64,000 nucleotides of DNA from Pavona decussata (GCA_977016875.1 CDRNST010000143.1:434001-498000); one strand, 5' to 3'. Shown: positions 22,418-34,803, counted from the first letter of the stretch. Notes: generated by a model from the sequence alone, not told the origin. Program-made: numbers and translations.

Positions 22418-25252
22418 ATGTTGCTCTGCGTGTTTGCATTTTGGATTCTAGTGACCACTTCGAACAAAGGCGAGTCAGCGAAAAGAAACCATTCTCAACA
22501 CTGCGCTAATCCAGGCCGGATTTCAAGCCTCCAAGGTGACTTGATACTTGGCGGATTTTTTCCCGTCCATATTATTAAGCCCACCGAAGGGACAAAGCAA
22601 GCGCACGATCTCAACCTGTACGGATTGAACTGGGTAGAGGCCATGTTGTTTACAATTCAAGAAATAAACCGCGATCATCTTTTATTACCACCCAATTTCA
22701 CCTTAGGTCACGACATAAGAGATTCCTGCAACAATGTCCCCGTAGCATTGAAAGCTGCGTTGGATTTTGTTCTCGACGCAGGCAACTCAAGCACTAGCAG
22801 CGGAAATAATAACAATGCCAACAACTGTTCTACTCGCTTTTGTAAATGTAAGGACAAACAGACCTTGATATCGGCCGTTATTGGAGCGGCCTCTTCACCG
22901 ATATCTATAAGCGTGGCAAATCTCTTAGGAGTCGACGACACCCCTCAGATTAGTTATTCATCCACGAGTGTCCTGCTAAGTGACAAGAAGGTTTATCGCT
23001 CGTTTTTCAGGACAATACCTTCCGATACATACCAAGCTCAAGCCCTGGCTGATTTGTTAAAGCATTTCGGCTGGAACTATGTGTCCATAGTTGCCTCTGA
23101 TAATGCGTACGGTCGCGCTGGCGTAGATTCTCTGCGGACCGAACTTAAAAAACGGGACATTTGCATTGCCTTGGAAAAGATTTTCAACCCTTCCCTCTCT
23201 CAAGAGGAGCTTCGACGAGTGATCGAATCTCTAAAGAATGAACAGCGAGCCAGGGTGATCATCTTATGGTGTGAAAGACCGAATGCCCTGGGTTTCTTGA
23301 ACGAGGCATCGCGTCAAAAGCTCAGTGGAAAAAGTTGGATCGGAACAGAGACCTGGGGCGACGCCTACCAGCTTAAAACGCTGGATGAAAACATTGTTGG
23401 AGGAATGCTCGGGGTATTGCCACTGTTGAAGAGGCACGCAGGTTATGAGGAACACTTAGGACGCTTACTGCCAAACAACACAGATTACAATCCCTGGATG
23501 TGGGAATTTTGGGAAAGCAGGTTTGGTTGCTTCATCTTTGACGCAGCAGAGAACCACACAGCATCCAGCCGCAAAATTCGAGAGGACGATTATTACGTTT
23601 ACACAACCAATCGACCAAATGTGACCATAATGTGCTCCAGAAACTTCTCCAAGCCAAGCGCAAACTTGCTGCCTCGCAACAAGTACACAAATGTTATGGA
23701 TGCGGTCTACGCGGTCGCCCATGCCGTGAATAATATCCTCAACTGCAGGGATGGACAAAGCTTCCTCCAGGGAGAAAAGTGTCCTACCGTGGTTGGCTCG
23801 TTTGTAAAACCAAGCGACATTGCGCAATTCTTAAAGAATGTGTCATTCGAGGGGAGATCTGGATCTCAAATCATGTTCGACGAGAATGGGGATCTCCGCT
23901 ATGGATCATACGCCATTAAAAATCTTCAACGATTCAACGAGAAGCAAATGGAGTTTGTGGAGATCGGCATGTGGAACGGCATTGATGGAAACCTCTCACT
24001 GAATAATTCCAAGCTTATCTGGAACGGGTGGACCAAAGAGAAACCCAAGTCAATCTGCGCCGAACCTTGTAATCCGGGACATTACCCCGTCAGGGGCAGT
24101 ATCGCTTGTTGCTGGAAATGCGTCATGTGTGAGAAAGGCTTTGTAAAAGCGACCTCTGGCAAAGGCACTTGCAGGAAATGCCAAGATGGGTTTGTATCAA
24201 ACACACAGCGAACGAACTGCGTGAAATTAAAATCTGATTACCTAGCGTGGGGAAATGGAGAGGGTATTAGCACTACGGTTCTCGCTGCCATTGGTTTAAT
24301 CATTTCAAGCTGGGTTCTGGCAGTTTTCTTCAAATATCGCGATACAGCTGTGGTTAAAGCGTCCAATCGCGAGCTCTCGTTCGTACATCTGGGATGTATC
24401 GTTGCAATCTTCGTGCTACCGTTCTTGATGATTGGGAAGCCGACAGAAGCTGGCTGCACAGTGCTTCCGCTGTTCTTCGGAATCCCCTTCACTCTCTGCA
24501 CTGCGGTCATGCTTTTAAAAACGGATCGACTCCTGCGCATATTTAAAGCCAGGTCTCGACTGACCGCCGGAAGCAGCTATCTCATCAGCAACAAAATGCA
24601 GGCCATCGTCGCGACTGTGATGACGCTAGTCCCCGTTACCTTGACAACAGTCTGGTTCATCATCCATGGGCCCGAAGTTACCGCTGAAGTTGACTACTCA
24701 AGGGAAGGCTGGCAGGTTCTCAGCTGTGGCGCATCCAACCAACTCCTAAACATTGTAATTCTAGGATACGTGCTGGTGTTAGCCCTGCTATGCACATATT
24801 TTGCTTTCAAGGCCAGAAAGCTCCCTGAAAACTTCAACGAAGCCAAGTTCATCTGCTTCGCCATGTTCGCATTCTGTGTTTTCTGGTTCAGTTTCTTCCC
24901 CGCGTACTACGACAGCAATGGGGCAACGCGCACCTTCGTGTTTTGCGTAGCGGTTCTCGGCTCGGGGTACGCCGTCCTGTGCATAATGTACGCCCCTAAG
25001 CTGCGCGTAATACTCTTTCACCCCGAGAACAACACCACAGAGGCTTTCAGAGCAACAACTATGGTGGCCATGAAGAAGGCTGGAGTGGTAATATCTTCCA
25101 ACAGTGCTACACCCCCTCGAATAACACCCGTCCCCTCCCCTGTACCTTCGAGGCGGAATTCTCCAGACATAGTCGTGGTGGATGAAGGGAGAACATCAGC
25201 AGTCGGTATCGGACGAAGGACTTTGCCGTCGCCTCGTTTAACCCATCGATAA
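22418..25252 (+). CDS. Class C GPCR (extracellular calcium-sensing receptor-like / mGluR-related amino-acid receptor), single coding exon, 944 aa
   Basis: Signal peptide; Venus-flytrap motifs GDLILGGFFPVH, IRDSC, PQISYSSTS, FFRTIPSD, GWNYV; cysteine-rich domain (SICAEPC..CCWKCVMC); 7TM with VVKASNRELS and KARKLPENFNEAK. Confidence 0.95.
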   Translation: MLLCVFAFWILVTTSNKGESAKRNHSQHCANPGRISSLQGDLILGGFFPVHIIKPTEGTKQAHDLNLYGLNWVEAMLFTIQEINRDHLLLPPNFTLGHDIRDSCNNVPVALKAALDFVLDAGNSSTSSGNNNNANNCSTRFCKCKDKQTLISAVIGAASSPISISVANLLGVDDTPQISYSSTSVLLSDKKVYRSFFRTIPSDTYQAQALADLLKHFGWNYVSIVASDNAYGRAGVDSLRTELKKRDICIALEKIFNPSLSQEELRRVIESLKNEQRARVIILWCERPNALGFLNEASRQKLSGKSWIGTETWGDAYQLKTLDENIVGGMLGVLPLLKRHAGYEEHLGRLLPNNTDYNPWMWEFWESRFGCFIFDAAENHTASSRKIREDDYYVYTTNRPNVTIMCSRNFSKPSANLLPRNKYTNVMDAVYAVAHAVNNILNCRDGQSFLQGEKCPTVVGSFVKPSDIAQFLKNVSFEGRSGSQIMFDENGDLRYGSYAIKNLQRFNEKQMEFVEIGMWNGIDGNLSLNNSKLIWNGWTKEKPKSICAEPCNPGHYPVRGSIACCWKCVMCEKGFVKATSGKGTCRKCQDGFVSNTQRTNCVKLKSDYLAWGNGEGISTTVLAAIGLIISSWVLAVFFKYRDTAVVKASNRELSFVHLGCIVAIFVLPFLMIGKPTEAGCTVLPLFFGIPFTLCTAVMLLKTDRLLRIFKARSRLTAGSSYLISNKMQAIVATVMTLVPVTLTTVWFIIHGPEVTAEVDYSREGWQVLSCGASNQLLNIVILGYVLVLALLCTYFAFKARKLPENFNEAKFICFAMFAFCVFWFSFFPAYYDSNGATRTFVFCVAVLGSGYAVLCIMYAPKLRVILFHPENNTTEAFRATTMVAMKKAGVVISSNSATPPRITPVPSPVPSRRNSPDIVVVDEGRTSAVGIGRRTLPSPRLTHR

Positions 25253-26850
25253 CTTTCTATAAACTCGATAAGCTTTTGGGTATTTTTTAACGTTTTCTTT
25301 CTTTAACGACTTTAACTGTGTGATAGCCACGATGGACGCAGCAACAACAACTTTTACAAAACCAAAGATTTTATAGGCAAACGAATGGCTCCACTTGTGT
25401 GTCTTTCATTTTGATGTGCTTCTTAATCTTTCTGTAAATAACTACAAAGTGAAATGGCCAAACGCAAGGTTTTCTGAAGATTATTAACACACGACAATGA
25501 AGTTTCCTCTTTCATTGTCTCTGAACTTGAACGCCTTAATTTCCTACGATTCCCTATCACTTCAGTGCTGAACGAGTTCGTATGGTCATAGTCTCCCACA
25601 CAGTTGTTCACACGACTCCCGTTTTAGGCTGGTTTACAGTTAAGTCTGATAAGCGCAAGCATGAGAGGACGTCGGCATGAGCAGGTGCAGTGGCTTTAAT
25701 CTTTGATCTCTCGTTCGTGGCGACAGCCTTAATAAGGCAGGCGCTGTTTCCTGTACTTGTTCTTTCGTTTTTCTTGATTGGATGCAACGATGAAAGCAGA
25801 AGCGCAAGCAGCACAAGGGTAAAGGAAAGATCTTCCTTTTTTGTGTTTATGCTTGCGTGAACCCTTGGTTTCTGAGTGAATGTAGTATTGCATCAGTTTT
25901 GCCTGATTAAAGCGGACTGAAAACCTAGGGTTCGAATTTCGGACCCTTGGTTTCTGAGTGAATACAGAACCATCATATCTGAAAGCAAGGGTCAGTTAGA
26001 ATCTTAATTCCTGGGGCACAAATTTAGCTATCCGCTGAAATCGAGAAACTTGCCATGCACAAAAATTACAAATTTTGTCTGTCCACCAGTTTTAAGAACT
26101 AGAACTAACAAGAATAAGTTAAAAAATTGCGTTCCTCAAAAATAGGAAAAACTAAGATATACTTTTAGTCTTGAAATTACACCAAAAACGTGAGATAACG
26201 TTACTTTTTAAGACACAATATGAACATTACGATATTTTACGACAAAATTATAGTTTTGTGCAGAATAATTCCGAAGAAAAAGGTCTATAATATATATTCT
26301 TGCGGAATTTTCGATTCTGGAAAAACTGAAAATAGTTTGGAAAGCGTTTTAAACATGCATCACCCCCGCTTATAGGTTGGTTTCGTCTTTTCATGCTTAT
26401 GCTTATGCCCTACGTGTAAGCTGGTGGCTTAGGGCGTTTTTCCTTGTTTAGAGTAGTCCGATAAATAAGTTGTAAAATGAAAATGGTTCAGTCATGCTAA
26501 TACATGTAAAAATTTAACTGTAAGTATTGAGAACTCAGTGATCATTTCCAATGTAAAACTATCAAAGAATCTGTTTGTTCCGTCCCATAAAGCCAAAAAA
26601 CGCCCAGTCTGGGCCCCGAGGGAGGATGGAGAGTGGGTTCAGAAGCTCGCCACCTGTGTAACCTCTGGTCGACCGAGTCACTTCCCATGCAACTTTAACA
26701 CCGCTCATGCTATGGCACCAAAACTTTAATACTTGGCATAGCTAAAGAGCAATGTCATCACCTCTCGAGAGGATTGCACAGTTGTTTTCTCCTTTCGTAA
26801 CTTGCTCCTCGCCAGAATCTCATGTTACTGCCGATTTAATTCAAGTATTT

Positions 26851-26991
26851 GGGTGCATTTTTTTGGGAGAATCCAAAAACGGATTTGTAATCTCAGATCA
26901 TTCGGATCATGGTGCATCATGATCATGATCATGGTCCGAATGATCTGAGATCACAAATCCGTTTTTGGATTCTCCCAAAAAAAAAGCACTC
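26851..26991. mobile_element. Near-perfect 140-bp fold-back (palindromic MITE)
   Basis: TTTTTGGGAGAATCCAAAAACGGATTTGTAATCTCAGATCATTCGGA pairs with TCCGAATGATCTGAGATCACAAATCCGTTTTTGGATTCTCCCAAAAA. Confidence 0.85.
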
Positions 26992-27943
26992 TTTTTGAAC
27001 TTCAAAGAGCTGGCGCCGCGAAACTGAACCAATGAGCGTCGAACTTTTATCCAATAAAACGTAAGCGCCTTGTTTCCATTAAACTTGGAATAAATCAGAA
27101 CTTAATAGCTGCAGTTGTAAAGAAAGTATGTGTACTGTAAGTTAAATTATAAACTCAACGGAATGTAGAACGCTTTTAATGTTAGATAGAGTTATAACAT
27201 TTTTTATCCACTTTCTTTGAAACGTAGGCTCAATTTTTAGAGAACATGTGTTTAAAGGGATACTGTACACCCCAAAACAACAGTTTAAATACAGAAAGCT
27301 TATGGTCTAAATAAAAGATATTATTAAAAATGGAGTTCGTTCTCCCTTTTTTTTTCCTATAAAAAATACGAAAAAATTCTCGTCATGGAATTCTAACTCG
27401 CACTTAGGCGAAAACCGGAAATGCCGTGGAAAGAACAACTCGCCAAACCTTTTTCAGCTATATTTCCCTGTATTTCCTTAGCAAGATTGGGTGATTGGCT
27501 TGGTATTAGAATTTCAAAATAAATGTATAGTTCGTGTTTTGTGGGAAAATCCTTAACGAGTGTTTATATAGGACAGTTTATAAATGGCACAACAAAACAT
27601 GGTGCTTTTTCTCTGTAAAATTCCCCTTGTTCAGACACTGGCGAGGTTAAACCAGGCCACTTCAGTCAGGAAAATAAGACAAGGAGCCAAACTCGCTCGT
27701 GTTTCCGACTCAACAAGAATCTTGTTCTGTGACAGTTTAGAATATTGCATTAAAGAAGAGAATCAGTGTGCTTTCAACAAACGCCATGTCAAGGAAACTT
27801 TTTATCCTTTTACAGGAAAAATAAAAACTTTAATCCCACTTTCGCATGTTAAAAGTAGGTTACTTATGCAGTTCAATTAGTTTTGAAACCCTCTCTGTCC
27901 CTGAAACCTTTGAGAAGCGTAAGTCCTCAGTACAATGTCAATA

Positions 27944-28040
27944 GGGGGCAGGGATGGCGCAGTGGTGAGAGCACTCGCCTCCCGCCAATTTCAGTAGTCC
28001 AGGTTCGATTCCTGGCGTTGACACGACATGTGGGTTCACT
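27944..28040 (+). mobile_element. tRNA-derived SINE head (truncated)
   Basis: Pol III A box TGGCGCAGTGG and B box GGTTCGATTCC. Corresponds to the longer copy at 32202. Confidence 0.8.
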
Positions 28041-28256
28041 ATTGGGGCGATAACAAACAACCTGGACGGCTGGAACGGGTTTGATCACGTACTAGATAGA
28101 AGTGAGTTTTTGATCCGTGAAAGAAATGGAGCGATCAACTGTAAACGACTGTCAGACGGTGGAGGTGTTCGAGGCGATTCAAATCTATCCCAGAAATCAC
28201 ATCATCCCAGAGTACCAAAGTAGCGCCAACTTGACATGTAACCAAGATTTGGTTAA

Positions 28257-29024
28257 GGTGGCCGAACACAGTTTTCAAGTATACCGGTGTTAGTAAACAT
28301 TAATTGAAAACTACATACTTCTGAGTACCCGAAATTAGCATGGTGCAAAATTAACAAAGAAGGAATAAATTTTGATACTTCTTGTTGAGCAAGGTGCCGT
28401 TGCCATGGCACCACAGCAAGCTATTAACCGTCCATAAATAAAGGTTTTCCTTAATTTTTAGAAAATGCACTCGTTAGATTTTTTCCATTTTTTGTATCCA
28501 GACAAACTCACAAAATACTGACATAGTGACGCTGCTTTCATGTAATTTTAACAGAGATCTCCTGTAAATGTTGGTTTTGCACTTTAATGTTTTTTGAACA
28601 CACCTTCTGTTAGATTTTGTTTTTTGTTTGTAGGCGAGTTACGCTTTTAGAGAACTACTGTTTTGTCAAATTTCACGAAATTCTAACGAGCGGTTCCTTA
28701 GAAAACAGTTCATTTCCATTAAAACAACCAGTCACAATTTTTTGATCAAATGCGCATGCGTGGCTTTCAATTAGATTTTCTCAGCAAAGATGAAAGTGTA
28801 CAAAAAGGCTTAGCTCTTCGTGAACTCACTTTTTTTGTTCGGCGATAAATGAAGAAGGATTCACAAACAAGAAACTGAGTTATTTTAAGAGCTAAACTTA
28901 CATTTGTGATTTATTTAGTATAAAATCGAGGGATCGATAGTATTTGCTTACCACAACCCTAGCGCGCGCTTAATAGCATCACTAACAGAATCTGTAAAGC
29001 GCGCGCAAACTGTGTTCGGCCACC
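28257..29024. mobile_element. Kolobok-type non-autonomous transposon (768 bp) with TTAA target duplication
   Basis: TTAA|GGTGGCCGAACACAGTTT ... AAACTGTGTTCGGCCACC|TTAA. The empty site with a single TTAA is seen in copy 2 at 33929-33932. Confidence 0.92.
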
Positions 29025-29132
29025 TTAAATAAAGGCCATGATGAATTTTACATGGCTTGTGATTACTTTGCCGTTTAAAAGTCAACACTATTTGACGTTG
29101 AGGAGATTTTGAAAGGTGCATGTTGTTAACAA

Positions 29133-29886
29133 TTCCAAGAAAAGCTGTCTGTTAACAAAAAATATTTCCTATTTCCGAGAAAAGCGGATGGAGACCAGTT
29201 CAGTCCGACACATGTTTTAGTACCGCAACATGTTTTAATCATCATCAGCTTTTAGTGTTTATATTTAGTTATGTAGTGTAATTTATCCACCAAAATACGA
29301 TGCAAAATAAATGTGAAAATACATCAGGCTTTGAGCGAGTTTGCAAAGGGATCTAATTAATCGCAGAGTAAACTTCCTCGAAATGGACAGACCGGAAGTC
29401 GTTGTAGACATTCCGAGAAAATCAGATTCGGAATTTTCTGATTGGTCAGTCTGCTCAAGTATGACTCAACTTTTAAAGTTTCTTTAATGCTTTCATATAC
29501 TCTCATTTCATCTTAAATTTGATTCTTTTCTTGAAGCAACCAGGATATTTTGGGATCTAATGACGGAAAATATGGTTATTTGCCGAATGAGGCTTCGCTC
29601 ATATTAACAGGTAAGTCAGACTGACAACGAAAATTTTTATCAGAACACAATGCAATCATACGACCATTCGGGGGGAACCAAATGATAATGTTGCTATCAT
29701 AAAACTTTTAGCTATCACTTGTACACTATGAATGGTTGCTTCCGATCATTTTCATAGACATTTATGTGAGTTTGGTTGATAAACGTTTTTGAAAGCTTAC
29801 AACTGTGACTTGTAGACAATTCTCGGAAGACGATCATCGAGTTAAGGCGTCGGAAATATGCATAAATGATGGATTTTTTCCTAGAA
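29133..29886. promoter_or_regulatory. Putative STAT-responsive promoter/enhancer: six GAS sites, ETS and CCAAT
   Basis: TTCNNNGAA at 29133, 29173, 29374, 29411, 29820, 29878; ACCGGAAGT at 29391; ATTGG at 29441; splice donor CAG|GTAAGT at 29611. Confidence 0.65.
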
Positions 29887-30455
29887 AGGTCACAGAGGGC
29901 CTATGGCTTGCTTGTTTCCCTCTTCTTAGCCATCGCCTTCTGTAGACTTATGCCTGGTGGACTCTAATCCTGTATTCTTACATGTAGCTCTTTTATTGGT
30001 TTAATAGGCGTTCAGTTCGATAAACAAGCAAGCAGCTGCAGGTTATTTTCAGCAGCTGATGGACCGTAATTTTCGAAACTGTGTTCTTTATTATGTCTTC
30101 CAAAGGACATCTAATGGATCCGATCGATAGGCTCGGCCAAATAACTGCTTGAACAGACTTACAAATCATCAGCGAAATTCAATTTCACTATCTTCGTAAT
30201 GCTGCGACAATTTTCAACTTTTCAATTTCTCTCGGGCACGAGAAAGGCCGGCTAATTAGCAGCTGGAAATTGTGAGGAAATAAGATTTCGTTTCCCAAAA
30301 GGTTACCCTATTTTAATAAATATTCAGCTAAACAACCGAACAGATCGCAAAGCTAACTTAAATGATCTCAGATGGCTAAATTAGACGATAAAAAAATTAA
30401 TTAATTTTATTCAAGAAGTACTTTTACTGCAGTGAATTGTATGCTTTCGAAACTA

Positions 30456-30556
30456 AGTTTCAAGTTTCAAGTTTCAAGTTCAAGTTTATTCAAAAATTCA
30501 AAAATTTAGCAAAAAAGAGAGACTGGCCCACAGTAGGTAGCGAGAGCTAATCTAGG
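30456..30556 (-). mobile_element. Short LINE 3'-end insertion with (AAACTTG)n tail
   Basis: (CAAGTTT)x4 followed by TTTATT; absent from duplicate copy 2. Confidence 0.5.
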
Positions 30557-32201
30557 GAAGTCAGACATGCAACTGTTAAACGATCTGGGGAAACAGAAAC
30601 AAAAAAACTAACGAGAAAACCAATTTTCTTTCACTGACCTTAATTTGCTCGTGGTGTTCCTGAAATTTGAGCTTCGATTACGTGTGTGCTTGTTTTACAA
30701 GGTACTTTGGAAAAACTACTCTCCAGTATTCTGCTTAAAGTGTTGCTCATATTTACCCGTTGTGTCAGGATTGTCTCGATGGCTCAGATTCTCGTGGCAG
30801 CGTAACGGTAGGACGAGCATTCATTCAAGTACTACTCATAGATTCTAAAGGGAAAAGGGCGACAGTTACAACAGTATCTCAGCCAATAATGTTGGAGAAT
30901 ACCTGCCCCTATCTTTTCTTTTCTCTAGCCATTTACAAGTTTATGGACAATGGAGTAGACTTGACAATGAATTGGCAAAGTGCCTTCATCGCTAGGTTGC
31001 AACTTCATAAAATCTGATTGTGTTGACAATCTGTGTGTACGGTCTGCATGATGCTCAAAGATTGCAATGAAAAAATCAACTTAAAGACAATTATATTGTA
31101 CGGCATTGAAAATGCAGGGCCAAAAGATAATGAAAAGTTTTTAATGTTCTGAATTGTTTCCTTGGCAACCGAAACTTAATCTTCCCCTTGGATTTGTTGG
31201 TGGATCTTTCATAAACTGAAATGTAGCATCAGCTAGCTATTAGTTCAAGAATTGCTTGTTATAAATTTCATGTACATGTATTCATACAACTCCTAGTCTT
31301 GATACAATCCTGAGTTAAAACCCTCTGTGCATGTATGGAAAGGAGTAAAAAGAAAAAGCAAAGTGAAAGAAACTTCTTTGCTCTGATTTAATTCATACGT
31401 AACACTGAAACAAAGACATTATCCAAAATGCAACACAATGTCGAAAATCTATATTCAATTTTGACCTGTTCAAGTGACTGACAAACTGACTGAATTGCTG
31501 ATTAACTGGTTAGCTTGCTGGCTGACTGACTGACAAAATATATGGCCTGCTCACTGGCTAAGTAACTGGCTGGCTGGGGAGCTACCCAGGTCTCCCCTTT
31601 TTTTATCTCCCCTTTTTCCGTCATGGGATTCGAACTCGCGCTAAGGCCGAAAACAGAAATGACGTAGAAAGAAGAACTCACCAAACCATTTGCAGCTACA
31701 TTTACCTGTATTTCTTTAGCAACTGATTGAGTGATTGGCTTGATGTTAAAATTACAAAATAAAAATGTATAGTTCGTATTTTGTTGGAAAATCCTTAACG
31801 AGTGTTTATACATGCATGGCAGTTTATGATATAAGGCACTACAAAACATGGTGCTTTTCCTCTGTACAATTCCCCTTGTTCAGAGATTGGCGATGTTAAA
31901 CCAGGCCATTTCAGTCAGGAAAAAAGGACAAGGGGCCAAACTCGCTCATGAATGTTCGCGGCTCAAAAAGATGCTTGTCGTGTGACAGTTTAGAATGTTG
32001 CTTAATTAAAGAGGAGAATCAGTGTGCTTTCAAAAAAAATTCATGTCGAGGAAACCTTTTATCCTTTTACAGGAAAAATAAAAACTTTAATAACAATTTC
32101 CCTTGTTAAAAGTAGGTTACTTCTGCAATGCTATTAGTTTTGAAACCATCTCTGTCCCTGAAACCTTTGAGATGCGCTTAGTCTTTGGTACAATGTCAAC
32201 A

Positions 32202-32838
32202 GGGGGCAGGGATGGAGCAGTAGTGAGAGCACTCGCCTCCCACCAATTTGGCCCGGGTTCGTTTCCGGCGTTGATGCGAAATGTCGGTTCATTTTGTTGT
32301 TAGTCCGAGGGTTTTTCTCCAGGTTTTTTCCAGTACGTTTTCCTCCCTTCACAAAATCCAACACACTTCCACATTCCAGTTAGACCCACAATGCACGGAC
32401 AGCTTTGAAACGAGTTCCTTAAAGGGGACTGAAGTATCACGAAAATTTGCTGTCATTTCAAAACCCCAAAATGTTTGAATGTCAGCAGAAACAACGAAAT
32501 AATTGTCAAGTTTGTGAAAAATTATCACCCCAGTGCAATAAAACCGTCGATTAGTGCCTCTTGCCAGAGACAGAGTAGGCCGGTATGGATTGAAACTTGA
32601 AAAATATTAGGCTAATGTTTTTCAAGTTTTGTTTCCAAATGCACCAGAACAGATCACGAGTTGTTTCTTTCAAGAACTGAGTTGATTTCAGTCCTCTCGT
32701 CATTCTAGAATTATTTGGCTGGTGATTGAAGGTCTTATTTCATCATTTTTAACAAAAGATATCAAAAACCCCATGATACTTCCCCGTTAAGACCTCTTTG
32801 GTGCTGCGTGGGTGAACAAATTACGTTTACGTTTTACA
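32202..32838 (+). mobile_element. tRNA-derived SINE interrupted by a TTAA-flanked MITE (32423-32786)
   Basis: A/B boxes at about 32213-32267 and tail GTGGGTGAACAAATTACGTTTACG. Insert TTAA|AGGGGACTGAAGTATCACG ... CATGATACTTCCCCG|TTAA. Confidence 0.75.
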
Positions 32839-34053
32839 TGCCCAGTACTTCGTAATGCGTTTGACTTGTGAGGGATGTAAAGTAATGGCTAACCATTTTT
32901 CCAAAAGCGTAGAGTAAGGTTATGGATAGAATTTTCCCAACGTCGCTGAAGGCGAGGTTGAAAATAATTGCTTGAAAAAAAAAGCAGAGATGAAAATAAT
33001 TACTATGTTTTGACTGAGGAAGAATCAATGTGTTAAATAATACTGAAGAAAGTTTTACAGCTATGTAAATGTCTGTTCAGGGGGAAGCTGAAAAGTGTAA
33101 AATTCGAGTTCTCTCTTGGTGAAATCCGAGCTTCGGGTAGGGTGACCCTTTTTCGTGGTTTTCTGCCGTTATATGGAATATTTCAAAAAAACTAACCTAA
33201 TATCTTTACTTACTTACCTAGGCCTTCAAACTGACATAGTATGCATGAGCGAAATCGAATTTTTGACCGTGACCACTTTTTTTTTTTCATTCTGTTCGAT
33301 GTATACTGACACTGATTCTTAATACTACATTCAGCTGAAGATGGTTGCTTAATTTCAAATATCAACGCTAGTTTTTCAGGGGGTTTTTTTTCTAACCCTA
33401 ACAGTGATCAGCCTTAAATTTATCCTTGTAACATTAATGCCTATTCAAATCCCTTTGGTCATGACAGTAAGGTTACAATCACGCAACATAAATTCTTTTG
33501 ATATTGGTTTTTGGTTTATATTTTCAACAGTGCTTTTATGAGAAAAGTATGGAGACAAGATAGGAGAATTTGGTCTTTCTTGTAACAGGTTAAAGAAATA
33601 ACTTAAAGCGGGTTTTCGTGGTTGGAATGTACTTAGAAACAAATTTTTCGTATTTTTCGTAGCCCTAACTTGGCATGTAACAAAGATTCCGTTAAAAGAA
33701 AAACCTTTGATCGATAAATTTTACATTTTACGACCCGGTTGACTGGAACGGCTTCGATCACTTACTAGATAGAAGTGGGTTTTTTTGATCCGTGAAAGCA
33801 ATGGAGCGATCAACTGTAAACTACTGTCACACAATATAAAGGCGTTCGAAGCGATTCAAATCTATCCCACAAACCACATCATCCCAGCGTACAACCCAGC
33901 CCTAACTTGGCATGTAACAAAAATTTGGTTAAATTAAGACCACGATGAATTTTACATGGCATGTGATTACTTTGCCGTTAAAAAGTCAATACTATTTGAC
34001 ATTGAGGAGATTTTAAAAGGTGCATGTTATAAATAATCCTGACACTTAAACTA

Positions 34054-34803
34054 TTCCAAGAAAAGCTGCCTGGTAACTAAAGAAATGTTCCTATTTCCGA
34101 GAAAAGCGGATGAAGACCAATTCAGTCCGAGACATGTTTTAGCACGTTCAACATGGTTCATCGTCATCAGCTTTTAGCGTTTATATTTAGTTATGTAGTG
34201 TAATTTATCCACCAAAATACGATGCAAAATAAATGTGAAAATACATCAGGCTTTGAGCGAGTTTGCAAAGGAATCTAATTAATCGCAGAGTAAACTTCCT
34301 CGAAATGGACAGACCGGAAGTCGATGTAGACATTCCGAGAAAATCAGATTTGGAATTTTCTGATTGGTCAGTCTGCTCAAGTATGACTCAACTATTAAAG
34401 TTTCTTTAATGCTTTCATATACTCTCATTTCATCTTAAATTTGATTCTTTTCTTGAAGCAACCAGGATATTTTGGGATCTAATGACGGAAAATATGGTTA
34501 TTTGCCGAATGAGGCTTCGCTCATATTAACAGGTAAGTCAGACTGACAACGAAAATTTTTATCAGAACACAATGCAATCATACGACCATTCGGGGGGAAC
34601 CAAATGATAATGTTGCTATCATAAAACTTTTAGCTATCACTTGTACACTATGAATGATTGCTTCCGATGATTTTCATAGAAATTTATGTGAGTTTGTTTG
34701 ATAAACGTTATTGAAAGCTAACAACTGTGACTTGTCCACAATTCTCGGAAGACGATCAACGAGTTAAGTCTTCGGAAATATGAATGATGGATTTTTCCTA
34801 GAA
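34054..34803. promoter_or_regulatory. Second copy of the putative STAT-responsive module
   Basis: TTCNNNGAA at 34054, 34095, 34296, 34333, 34742, 34795; ACCGGAAGT at 34313; donor GTAAGT at 34533. Confidence 0.65.

Larger units (their letters stand above)
27342..31590 (+). repeat. Tandem segmental duplication, copy 1 (about 4.25 kb)
   Basis: Colinear with 31591-36490 (e.g. 27520 vs 31770, 29250 vs 34170, 30920 vs 35650). Each copy has private TE insertions. Confidence 0.93.

Noticed and set aside
12586-25252. Functional calcium-signalling cluster of KChIP plus CaSR-like GPCR
   Set aside because: Adjacency alone is not evidence in an animal genome, and the receptor's ligand is unknown.
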